A DNA stretch of 64,000 nucleotides from Planctomycetota bacterium (GTDB lineage: Bacteria > Planctomycetota > UBA8742 > UBA2392). Position numbers and translations under genes: made by a program. The stretch covers positions 1,013,001 to 1,077,000 of the forward strand of contig JABTUE010000001.1 of NCBI GenBank assembly GCA_015075515.1, given 5' to 3'. The notes beneath the pieces were generated by a model. That model saw nothing but the letters and a program-made list of their open reading frames with translations, was not told the origin of the DNA and ran no database searches. Of this stretch, positions 19,579-27,254 are shown in pieces (within the stretch, counting starts at the first letter, position 1; every line of letters starts with the position of its first letter).

Positions 19579-20445
19579 ATGCGCGTCGGCGTTGACTTCG
19601 GCGGAACCAACATCAAGGCCGCGCTGGTCGAGGGCGCCGGCGTGCGGGCCCACGCCAGTGTTCCCACCCGCGGCGAGGCCGGGCCCGCGGCCGTTCTGGA
19701 CAACCTGGCCGCGGCCGTGCGGCAGCTTGGCGCGCGGGCAGAGGTGGTGGGCGTGGCCATTCCCGGCGAAGTGGATGACCGGGGCGTTTGTTACCGCCTG
19801 CCCAACGTGCCAGGCTTTGACGGCTACCCGCTGCGCGCGGAACTGGAGCGCCGGCTGGGCTGCCCGGTACACCTTGAAAACGACGCCACCGCCGCCGCCG
19901 TGGCCGAGCAGCGCTTTGGCTGGGGTACAAAGTACCGCAGTTTTCTGCTGGTCACGCTGGGCACGGGCATCGGCGGCGGTCTGGTGCTGGACGGCGCCGT
20001 GCGCCGGGGGCGCGGCGGTTTTGCCGGCGAAATCGGGCATGTGCTGGTGGATTCCACGCCCGGCGCCTGGCCCTGCGGTTGCGGCCTGAAGGGGTGCATG
20101 GAGGCCTATGCCGGCGCGCGCGGGCTGTTGCGCCATGACAGCGAACACGGCGGCAGCGCCACGGAGGTGCGCCAGATCGTGGACGCCGGGGGGCAGCGGG
20201 CGCAGAGGCTGTTTGATTTTCTGGCCCGCGCGCTGGGCGCGGGGCTGGCGCGGCTGAACAACGCGCTGGACCTGGACGCGCTGGTGTTCACCGGCGGCGT
20301 GGCGGGCAGTTTCGCCGCGATTGAGCCGCCCCTGCGTGCCCACTTTGCCGCGCACAGTTACGCGCCGCCGATGGGCGCGATCCCGATGCAGGTCAGCAAA
20401 CTGGGCGAGCACGCGGGCGTGATCGGCGCCGCGTGGCTGGGCTGA
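19579..20445 (+). CDS. ROK family sugar kinase (glucokinase-like)
   Basis: ROK motifs are DFGGTNIKAALV, LENDATAAAVAE, and GTGIGGGLVL...CGCGLKGCMEAY (zinc site). Confidence 0.85.
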   Translation: MRVGVDFGGTNIKAALVEGAGVRAHASVPTRGEAGPAAVLDNLAAAVRQLGARAEVVGVAIPGEVDDRGVCYRLPNVPGFDGYPLRAELERRLGCPVHLENDATAAAVAEQRFGWGTKYRSFLLVTLGTGIGGGLVLDGAVRRGRGGFAGEIGHVLVDSTPGAWPCGCGLKGCMEAYAGARGLLRHDSEHGGSATEVRQIVDAGGQRAQRLFDFLARALGAGLARLNNALDLDALVFTGGVAGSFAAIEPPLRAHFAAHSYAPPMGAIPMQVSKLGEHAGVIGAAWLG

Positions 20446-20472
20446 TGCCGCCGGGCAACCTACAATCCGGCC

Positions 20473-20973
20473 ATGGCCGGCAACCGCAACCACTACGAAC
20501 GCGCGTTCACCGGCTGGCTGGCCGGCCACGGCATCCAGGCCCTGGCCGTTGACGAACGCCGCCGCCCGGTGGTGGAAAGCCGCCTGCTGAAGAACTTTGA
20601 TTTTCTGGTCAACGGCGCGCAATCCGTGCTGGCGCTGGATCTCAAGGGCCGCCGGGGCACGCCCTGGATTACCGGCGACGATCTTTTTTCCGCCATGGCC
20701 TGGCGCAATCTTCTGGCCGGCCGCGTGCAGCCGGCATTTCTGTTTGCTTTCTTTTCGCCCGCCGGCCGGTTTTCCGCCCGCGTGGAAGCATTGCCCGCCA
20801 CAACGCACGGGCAGGACTGCGGCACGTACCGGTTCTGCCTGCTGTGGCTGGACGACGCCCAGCGCCTGGCGCGCCGGCGCAGCGCGAGCTGGGGTACCTA
20901 CGGCTTTGAATGGGCGGCCTTTGCCCGCGCCGTGACGCCGGCCGCGGAAGCCCTTCTGCCGCTCTATGCCTGA
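20473..20973 (+). CDS. Hypothetical protein (HYExAFE-like N-terminal motif)
   Basis: 166 aa. The N-terminus MAGNRNHYERAFTGWLAGHG resembles the conserved-hypothetical HYExAFE family. Recalled from memory, so weak. Confidence 0.45.
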   Translation: MAGNRNHYERAFTGWLAGHGIQALAVDERRRPVVESRLLKNFDFLVNGAQSVLALDLKGRRGTPWITGDDLFSAMAWRNLLAGRVQPAFLFAFFSPAGRFSARVEALPATTHGQDCGTYRFCLLWLDDAQRLARRRSASWGTYGFEWAAFARAVTPAAEALLPLYA

Positions 20974-22259
20974 ACCGGCGGCAGGGCCGCAATCGCCTCA
21001 ATTACTTCGCGGCAGCGGCGGTAGCGTTTGTCGCGTTCGCGCAGCACCAGCCGGTCAATGATGGCGCAGAACGCCTCGCTGATGTGCGGGGCTGATTCGC
21101 GCAGCGGCGGCGGGTCTTTGGTCAGGTGCGCCAGCACCACCTGTTGCAGGTTGTCGCCCGGAAACACCGGCTTGCCCGCCAGCAGGTGATAGAACGTGGC
21201 CCCCAGCGAATACAGGTCGCTGCGCGTGTCCAGGTCTTTGGCGCCGTTGGCCTGCTCGGGGCTGATGTAATGCGGCGTGCCCAGCAGGTAGCCCTCGGCG
21301 GTCTGGCCGGTGTCATCCACCAGCCGCGACAGCCCGAAGTCGCCCAGCTTGGCCACGCCGTCGCTGGTGACGTAGATGTTGCCGGGTTTGACGTCGCGGT
21401 GGATCAGCTTGTGCTGTTCCAGGTATTCCAGGGCCTGCGCGGTCTGGCTCATCAGCTTGCGGGCGCGGGCTTCGTCCAGTTTTTCGGCCGGGTTGTCCAC
21501 GTAACGGTCCAGCGGCGCGCCCTCGACCAGCTCCTGCACCATGAAATGCACGTCCTGGTACTCGCCCATGGTGTAGGTACGCACGATGTGAGCGTGCAGC
21601 AGCTTGACGCTGATTTCGTTGCTGCGCTGCAGACGCTTGAGAAAACCGTCTTTCACCGCGGCGAACGGGCTGATCACTTTAAGCGCCACGGGCTTGAGGT
21701 TGATCGGCTCCAGGGCCCGGTACACCGTGGCGGTACCGCCCTGACCCAGCTTGTCCACGATTGTGAACCCGGCGAAATCCTTGCTTACGATCTGGCCGGT
21801 TTCCTTGAAACGCGTGACCGCGCGGTCGTCTTCGTGGGCCGATTCCAGACCCTGCACCGTGGTTTCGTCCAGCTTGCGGTCGGCGGTGCCCACCTTGCGC
21901 AGCAGAATGCGCACCTTGGTGGCCAGTTCGGGGTGACGGAACGGCTTGATCAGGTATTCGTCGGCCCCGGCGTCTATGCCCTCGATGATCTCCTGTTCTT
22001 CGCCCAGCGCCGCCAGCAGGATGATTGGCGTGTGCACCAGATCGGGGTCTTCGCGCATCTTCTTGGTGGCCGCCAGTCCGTTCATGCGCGGCATCTGGAT
22101 GTCCATGAAGATCAGCGCGGGCTTGAAGCGCTTGGCCTTGGCCAGGCCGTCCTGCCCGTCCACGGCGGTGTCCACCTCAAAGCCCAGCTTGCGCAACTGG
22201 TCGGAAAGGGACGCGCGCAACTGGCTGGAGTCGTCCACCACAAGGATACGTTCGGGCAT
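20964..22259 (-). CDS. Response-regulator receiver domain fused to a Ser/Thr protein kinase
   Basis: The N-terminal REC domain has ILVVDDS...ALIFMDIQMPRMNG...PIILLAA. The C-terminal Hanks kinase has GQGGTATVYRA, ALK, HRDVKPGNIYV, DFGLS, YISPE. Confidence 0.85.
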   Translation of the reverse strand: MPERILVVDDSSQLRASLSDQLRKLGFEVDTAVDGQDGLAKAKRFKPALIFMDIQMPRMNGLAATKKMREDPDLVHTPIILLAALGEEQEIIEGIDAGADEYLIKPFRHPELATKVRILLRKVGTADRKLDETTVQGLESAHEDDRAVTRFKETGQIVSKDFAGFTIVDKLGQGGTATVYRALEPINLKPVALKVISPFAAVKDGFLKRLQRSNEISVKLLHAHIVRTYTMGEYQDVHFMVQELVEGAPLDRYVDNPAEKLDEARARKLMSQTAQALEYLEQHKLIHRDVKPGNIYVTSDGVAKLGDFGLSRLVDDTGQTAEGYLLGTPHYISPEQANGAKDLDTRSDLYSLGATFYHLLAGKPVFPGDNLQQVVLAHLTKDPPPLRESAPHISEAFCAIIDRLVLRERDKRYRRCREVIEAIAALPPVQA

Positions 22260-22430
22260 GATGCGATTATCCCGCGCCGGCCCGCGCCGTCAACCGAGCC
22301 GCCCGCGCAGGCGGCCAAACGGTTTTTTGGCGGGCCTTCGGCGGTGTGCGGGGGCTTTGCGCCGCCGCGCCGCGCCCGTTGCGCCCCATTGACAGCCCCG
22401 CCGCGCGCGGTTACCCCTGAGCCCCGCAGC

Positions 22431-22507
22431 GCACCCGTAGCTCAATTGGATAGAGCATCTGACTACGGATCAGAAGGTTGCACGTTCGACTCGTGCCGGG
22501 TGTACCA
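22431..22507 (+). tRNA. tRNA-Arg (anticodon ACG)
   Basis: 77 nt with a cloverleaf: acceptor GCACCCG/CGGGTGT, D-stem GCTC/GAGC, anticodon stem TCTGA/TCAGA with loop CTACGGA, T-stem GCACG/CGTGC with loop TTCGACT, 3' ACCA. A terminator hairpin follows at 22513-22547. Confidence 0.85.
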
Positions 22508-22557
22508 GCCAAAAAGCCGCCTTGGAAGCTACTTCCAAGGCGGCTGACGTTTCTGGC
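22463..22557. repeat. attL-like direct repeat: tRNA-Arg 3' half from the anticodon loop plus about 50 bp downstream including the tRNA terminator hairpin; an imperfect extension continues to about 22630
   Basis: A near-identical copy (few mismatches) lies at 42547-42641. The downstream approximately 70 bp are also similar and contain GGACAAGGTT motifs. Confidence 0.75.
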
Positions 22558-22740
22558 AGTGATTGCCAGTTAGGCAAGAGGGACAAGGTTGGGGACAAGG
22601 TCTGCGGTATTCCGGCGACGGCTGCCTGCGGCACGCGCCTTTCCGGCAGCACAGGCAGTCTGAAGCCTGCTCAGAATTCAACCAATGCAGTGCAGACAGC
22701 AGCTTCGGGCAGAAAACCGGGCCAAAACGCGTCTTTGGTG

Positions 22741-25700
22741 TTATCGACCAACAAGCGCCATCCAACAGACCAAGTGAATGTGCTCTTCGTGCAGCACATC
22801 CAGTGGTTTGGGGCGCTCATAGGGCTGCAAGCCAAGCTCCTCGACTACTTCGGCTAGTCGTTTGGCGGCTTCTTGCGGGCTCTCCTCGTGTGACCGTATT
22901 GCTTCCTGAATAGGGCGTTGAATCTTGTGGCCGTGAGGTGCCTGCAAGCGCGCCACGAGGCTTGCCGTGTACTCGGGCGTCCAGTCGGGGGCGGCATGGC
23001 TGCGGACAATGTCGGCCGCTCTCTGCATGGACGGCGGAATTTTTGGTTGAAGGTTTGCGGGGTCGGTCAACTCATTCCACTTTGCCAGAATGTGCTGCCG
23101 AGCTATGCGCCAAGCCTCGTAGGCCTGCTGCCGTAGCGCCTCAGTCAGCGTCGTGGGGGCGTCCTCCGGGCAGCGGATGCGACGCAGGCTGGTCAACACG
23201 CGGTCATCTACCAGCGTTCCGTCAGCGGTGACGAAACGGAACAAAGGTTCCTTGCCCACGCGCGCGCAAAAGAAGAAACCAGAGGGACCCTTGGTCGCCA
23301 GGGCCGAGCCTGCGGTCCAAGGGAAGTCAAGAATCGCAGTCTTGTGCCGCGGGTTCTCCAGCGCCTTGCGGAGTTCCTGCCGGAACTCTTCGCCGCTCTC
23401 CGGCGCTTCCCGCTCTCCGCCCAGTTCAAGCAGCGAAGCGTCGCCCTTCTTGATGCGCTCTAGTTCGTCCTTCACGCCGAGCACCACGTCGCCGGTCTCG
23501 GTTCCGGGCAAAATCTCGGCCTCGACACCGACCGTTCGTGCGGCCACCTTCACCTTGTCCTGGATGCGGTCGTGCAGCCTGAGCAACCGGTCCAGTTCAT
23601 CGTCCGGCAGGAAACAGTAGATGTAGTTGTCTTTGTGCTTGCTGCCAATGCGGTCAATTCGCCCATGGCGCTGTACCAAGCGCATCGGGTTCCAAGGCAG
23701 GTCGTAGTTGATCAAATTCCGGCACTGCTGAAGGTTCATGCCCTCTGCCAGAACGTCCGTCGTAACCAGAATGTCGAACCGGTCATCGCGTTTGTCTGCC
23801 GGTGCGTCCATGGACTCAGGTGCGAAACCGAACACTGCCTCCGTACCTTCGGCACTTGACACCTTGGCGACACGCCCCCGGAAGTGCTTGAGCCTTGCGT
23901 TGGTCGCAAGCTCATTCTCCAGAAAGTCAAAGATCCAGTTCATCGTGTCCGCGAAGTAGGTGAAGATCAGAACCTTGCGGTTGTCGCGCTGCGCTTCCGG
24001 AGTGGTGCCGTCCTTGTCCGCGTGTGCGGCTATCTGCTCCAACGCCTTGACCAATGATTTGAGTTTGGGATCCTGTTCAGCCGTCACTTTCTCTACGCGC
24101 TTGTGGAAGTTGCGCAGAATGGCCAAGTCACACTCTACGGCTTCGCGAAGATCGTTGACCTTGTAGGCGCTGGAGTTCTCCAGATCGCCCTCCCGTTCAA
24201 GCTCGTCCATCGCCTCTTCCGCCTCGTCCGTGTCCGCGGAAGGCAGCTCCAGAACCGCTTCCAGGGCCTTCGTTGTCGCCACCTTGCCTTTGCCAAGCAA
24301 CTGCAGAAATGTCTCGTGGTGGCGGATCATCCTCTGCACGGTCTTGCGAAAAGCCTCGATCGACGATTCAAACCGTTTGAGCATTCCAGAGCGGACCAGA
24401 CCCACCAGAACCACCTCGCTCTGCTCGATGTCGCCGTCTTTGCGAAACGCCGATGGCTGATAGCGCGCCAGGCGCAACTCGGGCTCGCCTTCTTCGGGCA
24501 TCACCCGCCGCTCAAACTCGGCAAAGAAGCCGGGCAGGAGCGCGTCCAGCCTGTAGCCCAGTTTGTCTACATGCGGCTTGGGAAACTCGATCTGGATCTC
24601 GCTGCCGTCGGGCAAGCGGATGCGGTCGTGTGGGTAGTACTTCTTCACGAAGTGCCGCGTGCGGCGCACCACCACGCGGTCCAGCAGTTCGAACAACAGG
24701 TCGGGTGTCAGGTCGTCCGGGTCCGTGCGCGAGGCCTGCTTGAACAGATCGCGCATGCTGCGGATGCCGGCCTCGGCAAAAGCCGCATCCTGCTTGATGA
24801 AGAATTCCAGCAGGTAGTACAGGTCCCACACCGAGTTGTTGACCGGCGTGGCCGTCAGCATCACCAGCCGTTTGGGCGGGTCGCCGCGCAGCAGCTTGCG
24901 CAAGGCCTTGCTGCGGTCGGCGTCGGGGTTGCGCACGCCGTGAGCTTCGTCCACTACCACCATGGCGTAGTCTGAGGCATCTACGTCGCGCTTGCCCTGT
25001 GCAATCTCTTCGAAACTGCGCACTTCCACCCGCAGGTCGGTGCGCGCCATGAAGCGCGCCCATGAGCCGTCGCGCAAAGCCGCCGGCGCCACCAGCAGCA
25101 CGCGCTGATGCGACTGGCGGGCATCCTCGATCAGCTTGGCGGCGATGAACGACTTGCCCAGGCCCACGCTGTCGGCGATCAGCACGCCGCCGCGCTGCGC
25201 CAGAATCTTCCGGGCGCGCTCAACGCCGTCGTTCTGGAAGTTGGTCAGGTGGATGCGCGACAGGCCGCCGTGTTCTTCGTTGAGTTGCTCACCGTAGCGC
25301 TCATACAACGCGCGCATGTACACCAGCCAGGGCGAAACCGGCGCGAAACGATCTTCGTACAAGCGCGCCAGGTCAAAGTCTTCAGAGCGCTCCCACAGGT
25401 TGTCGAACCACTGGCGCGCCTTGTTGTAGGGCTCCGTGTCCTTGCGCGAGACGTTGAGTTCAAGGTTCTTGCGCAGGCCGGCGTAGGTGAAGTTGCTGGA
25501 GCCGACGAAGACGCCTTCGCCGTCGGACAAGATAAACGCCTTGGCGTGCAGAAACGGCGGGAACTTGAAGCGGCGCACGCGCAGATTGCCACCGCGTTGC
25601 AGATCTATCAGGCGCTTGACGACGCCCTCGGCCTGGGCATCGAACTCGGTCAGGTTGCGGTCCAGCCGCAAACCCTCTTCCTGCCGCTCCAGTTGCGCCG

Positions 25701-25980
25701 CAAGCTGCTTTTCGAGGGCTTTTTCGCCCTTGGGGCCGCCCAGCTTGACCGGCAACGTGCGGCCTTCAAAGGGCGGCTCGGCACCCAGCAGCAGCCGGAT
25801 GCCGGACAAACGCTCAAGCTCTTCCACCAGCAGCGAAAAGCCGCCCAGGTTGAAGTACCCCGTTGCCACGTCCAGCGACGGCGGCGTCTTGAGCTTGGCC
25901 ACGCTGCCCTGAATGGCGGCCTTGAGCGCCTCCTCCATCGTGCCGTTGTCGAGATTGTCCGCGATGTCCCGCAGCGTCAT
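22741..25980 (-). CDS. Phospholipase-D (HKD) nuclease domain fused to an SNF2-family helicase
   Basis: 1079 aa. The N-terminal HKD motif is FLHAKAFILSDGEGVFVGSSNFTYAGL. The SNF2 core has Walker A LIADSVGLGKS, DEAH box VVVDEAHGVRN, and helicase-C LVTTDVLAEGMNLQQ...QRHGRIDRIG. Confidence 0.85.
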   Translation of the reverse strand: MTLRDIADNLDNGTMEEALKAAIQGSVAKLKTPPSLDVATGYFNLGGFSLLVEELERLSGIRLLLGAEPPFEGRTLPVKLGGPKGEKALEKQLAAQLERQEEGLRLDRNLTEFDAQAEGVVKRLIDLQRGGNLRVRRFKFPPFLHAKAFILSDGEGVFVGSSNFTYAGLRKNLELNVSRKDTEPYNKARQWFDNLWERSEDFDLARLYEDRFAPVSPWLVYMRALYERYGEQLNEEHGGLSRIHLTNFQNDGVERARKILAQRGGVLIADSVGLGKSFIAAKLIEDARQSHQRVLLVAPAALRDGSWARFMARTDLRVEVRSFEEIAQGKRDVDASDYAMVVVDEAHGVRNPDADRSKALRKLLRGDPPKRLVMLTATPVNNSVWDLYYLLEFFIKQDAAFAEAGIRSMRDLFKQASRTDPDDLTPDLLFELLDRVVVRRTRHFVKKYYPHDRIRLPDGSEIQIEFPKPHVDKLGYRLDALLPGFFAEFERRVMPEEGEPELRLARYQPSAFRKDGDIEQSEVVLVGLVRSGMLKRFESSIEAFRKTVQRMIRHHETFLQLLGKGKVATTKALEAVLELPSADTDEAEEAMDELEREGDLENSSAYKVNDLREAVECDLAILRNFHKRVEKVTAEQDPKLKSLVKALEQIAAHADKDGTTPEAQRDNRKVLIFTYFADTMNWIFDFLENELATNARLKHFRGRVAKVSSAEGTEAVFGFAPESMDAPADKRDDRFDILVTTDVLAEGMNLQQCRNLINYDLPWNPMRLVQRHGRIDRIGSKHKDNYIYCFLPDDELDRLLRLHDRIQDKVKVAARTVGVEAEILPGTETGDVVLGVKDELERIKKGDASLLELGGEREAPESGEEFRQELRKALENPRHKTAILDFPWTAGSALATKGPSGFFFCARVGKEPLFRFVTADGTLVDDRVLTSLRRIRCPEDAPTTLTEALRQQAYEAWRIARQHILAKWNELTDPANLQPKIPPSMQRAADIVRSHAAPDWTPEYTASLVARLQAPHGHKIQRPIQEAIRSHEESPQEAAKRLAEVVEELGLQPYERPKPLDVLHEEHIHLVCWMALVGR

Positions 25981-26239
25981 TTACGTTCCCCTTTGACCCA
26001 GGGCCGGATGAACTGGCCTTGATGTCATTTATAGCGACCAGCGCGACATTGAATACCTTGACGCCGTTCCAGGATTGCCTTGGCGGTTTCACCAAAGTTT
26101 TGCTCATCCTGTTTCCGACACTTCGGGATGGAGGTTACGGGCAAAGATTCAACCACTGTCTGGCCCTCGTTGTGCTCCATCGGCCAATCGTGTATGTCGG
26201 CCTCAACTGCTACCATGGAACGAGGCAAAGGAGCATGCG

Positions 26240-27223
26240 GTGGCGCGCTCAGACCTGATTGTGAAACTTGTTCGTGCCGGGGTGGCACGCGATGATGAGC
26301 GCTTTCGAAGGGCGGTTGAGGCCCTGATCGTCGAGGAAGAAGCCCGGCAACACCACACGGTGGCAAAGCAGTTGGCCGAAGCCCTTTCGACGCAAGGCCC
26401 CTCCGTTGCGCAGCTCACCGCTCCCAAGCTTCCGTCAACGGGTCTGGTGTTTGAGCGAGCGCCCCGGCGAACGCTGTCGGAGCTTGTGCTGCCCAAGACT
26501 ACCCGTCAGGCCGTTCAAGAACTCGTGGAAGAGCAGCACCGGGGCGACTTGCTGCGAAACCATGGCCTTGAGCCCCGCCATCGGCTGGTGCTGGTTGGTC
26601 CGCCGGGGAACGGCAAGACGACGCTGGCTGAGGCCATCGCAGATGCACTGCTTGTGCCGCTGCTGATGGTCCGTTACGACGCCATCATCAGCAGCTTCCT
26701 TGGCGAAACCGCCGTTCGCCTGCGCCAGTTGTTCGATCAAGTGCGCACTCGCCCGTGTGTTCTGTTCTTTGACGAGTTCGACGCGCTGGGCAAAGAGCGC
26801 GGCGACGAACACGAAACCGGCGAGATTAAGCGCGTGGTCAACACCCTCCTGATGCAGATTGACGACCTGCCAAGCCATGTTGTCGTCGTCGCCGCGACCA
26901 ATCACCCTGAACTTCTGGACCGTGCCGCTTGGCGTCGCTTTCAGCTTCGCCTGGAGCTTCCGTCGCCGACACAGGCGCAACTTGCGCACTGGTTTCAGAC
27001 GCTTTCGGACCGTCTGGGCCAGCCGCTGGGGCTGGCACCGAGGACACTTGCCGCTAAACTTCCCGGCATAAGTTTCGCAGAAGCGGAAGAGTTTGCGCAG
27101 GATGTTCGCCGCCGCCAGGTGCTTGGCATCCCCGATGCCGATCTCAAGCGGATTGTGAACGATCGGCTGGCAATCTGGACAGCACGCTACATCCAGCGCT
27201 CGAAGTCCAGCACGCGGCGATAA
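26240..27223 (+). CDS. AAA+ ATPase (IetA-like)
   Basis: GTG start at 26240 sits 6 nt after AAGGAG (26228-26233). Walker A is GPPGNGKTTLAEA, Walker B is CVLFFDEFDALG, with sensor-1/arginine-finger context VAATNHPELLDRAAWRRF. The longer ORF from 26075 lacks an in-frame ATG. Confidence 0.75.
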   Translation: MARSDLIVKLVRAGVARDDERFRRAVEALIVEEEARQHHTVAKQLAEALSTQGPSVAQLTAPKLPSTGLVFERAPRRTLSELVLPKTTRQAVQELVEEQHRGDLLRNHGLEPRHRLVLVGPPGNGKTTLAEAIADALLVPLLMVRYDAIISSFLGETAVRLRQLFDQVRTRPCVLFFDEFDALGKERGDEHETGEIKRVVNTLLMQIDDLPSHVVVVAATNHPELLDRAAWRRFQLRLELPSPTQAQLAHWFQTLSDRLGQPLGLAPRTLAAKLPGISFAEAEEFAQDVRRRQVLGIPDADLKRIVNDRLAIWTARYIQRSKSSTRR

Positions 27224-27254
27224 ACAATGGCGCTAACACTGCTGTGGAGTTTCC

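Noticed and set aside
17275-20808. A 1177-aa minus-strand ORF overlapping the uvrD-like and ROK genes
   Set aside because: The translation is Gly/Ala/Arg junk with no motifs. It is a shadow of two well-supported plus-strand genes.
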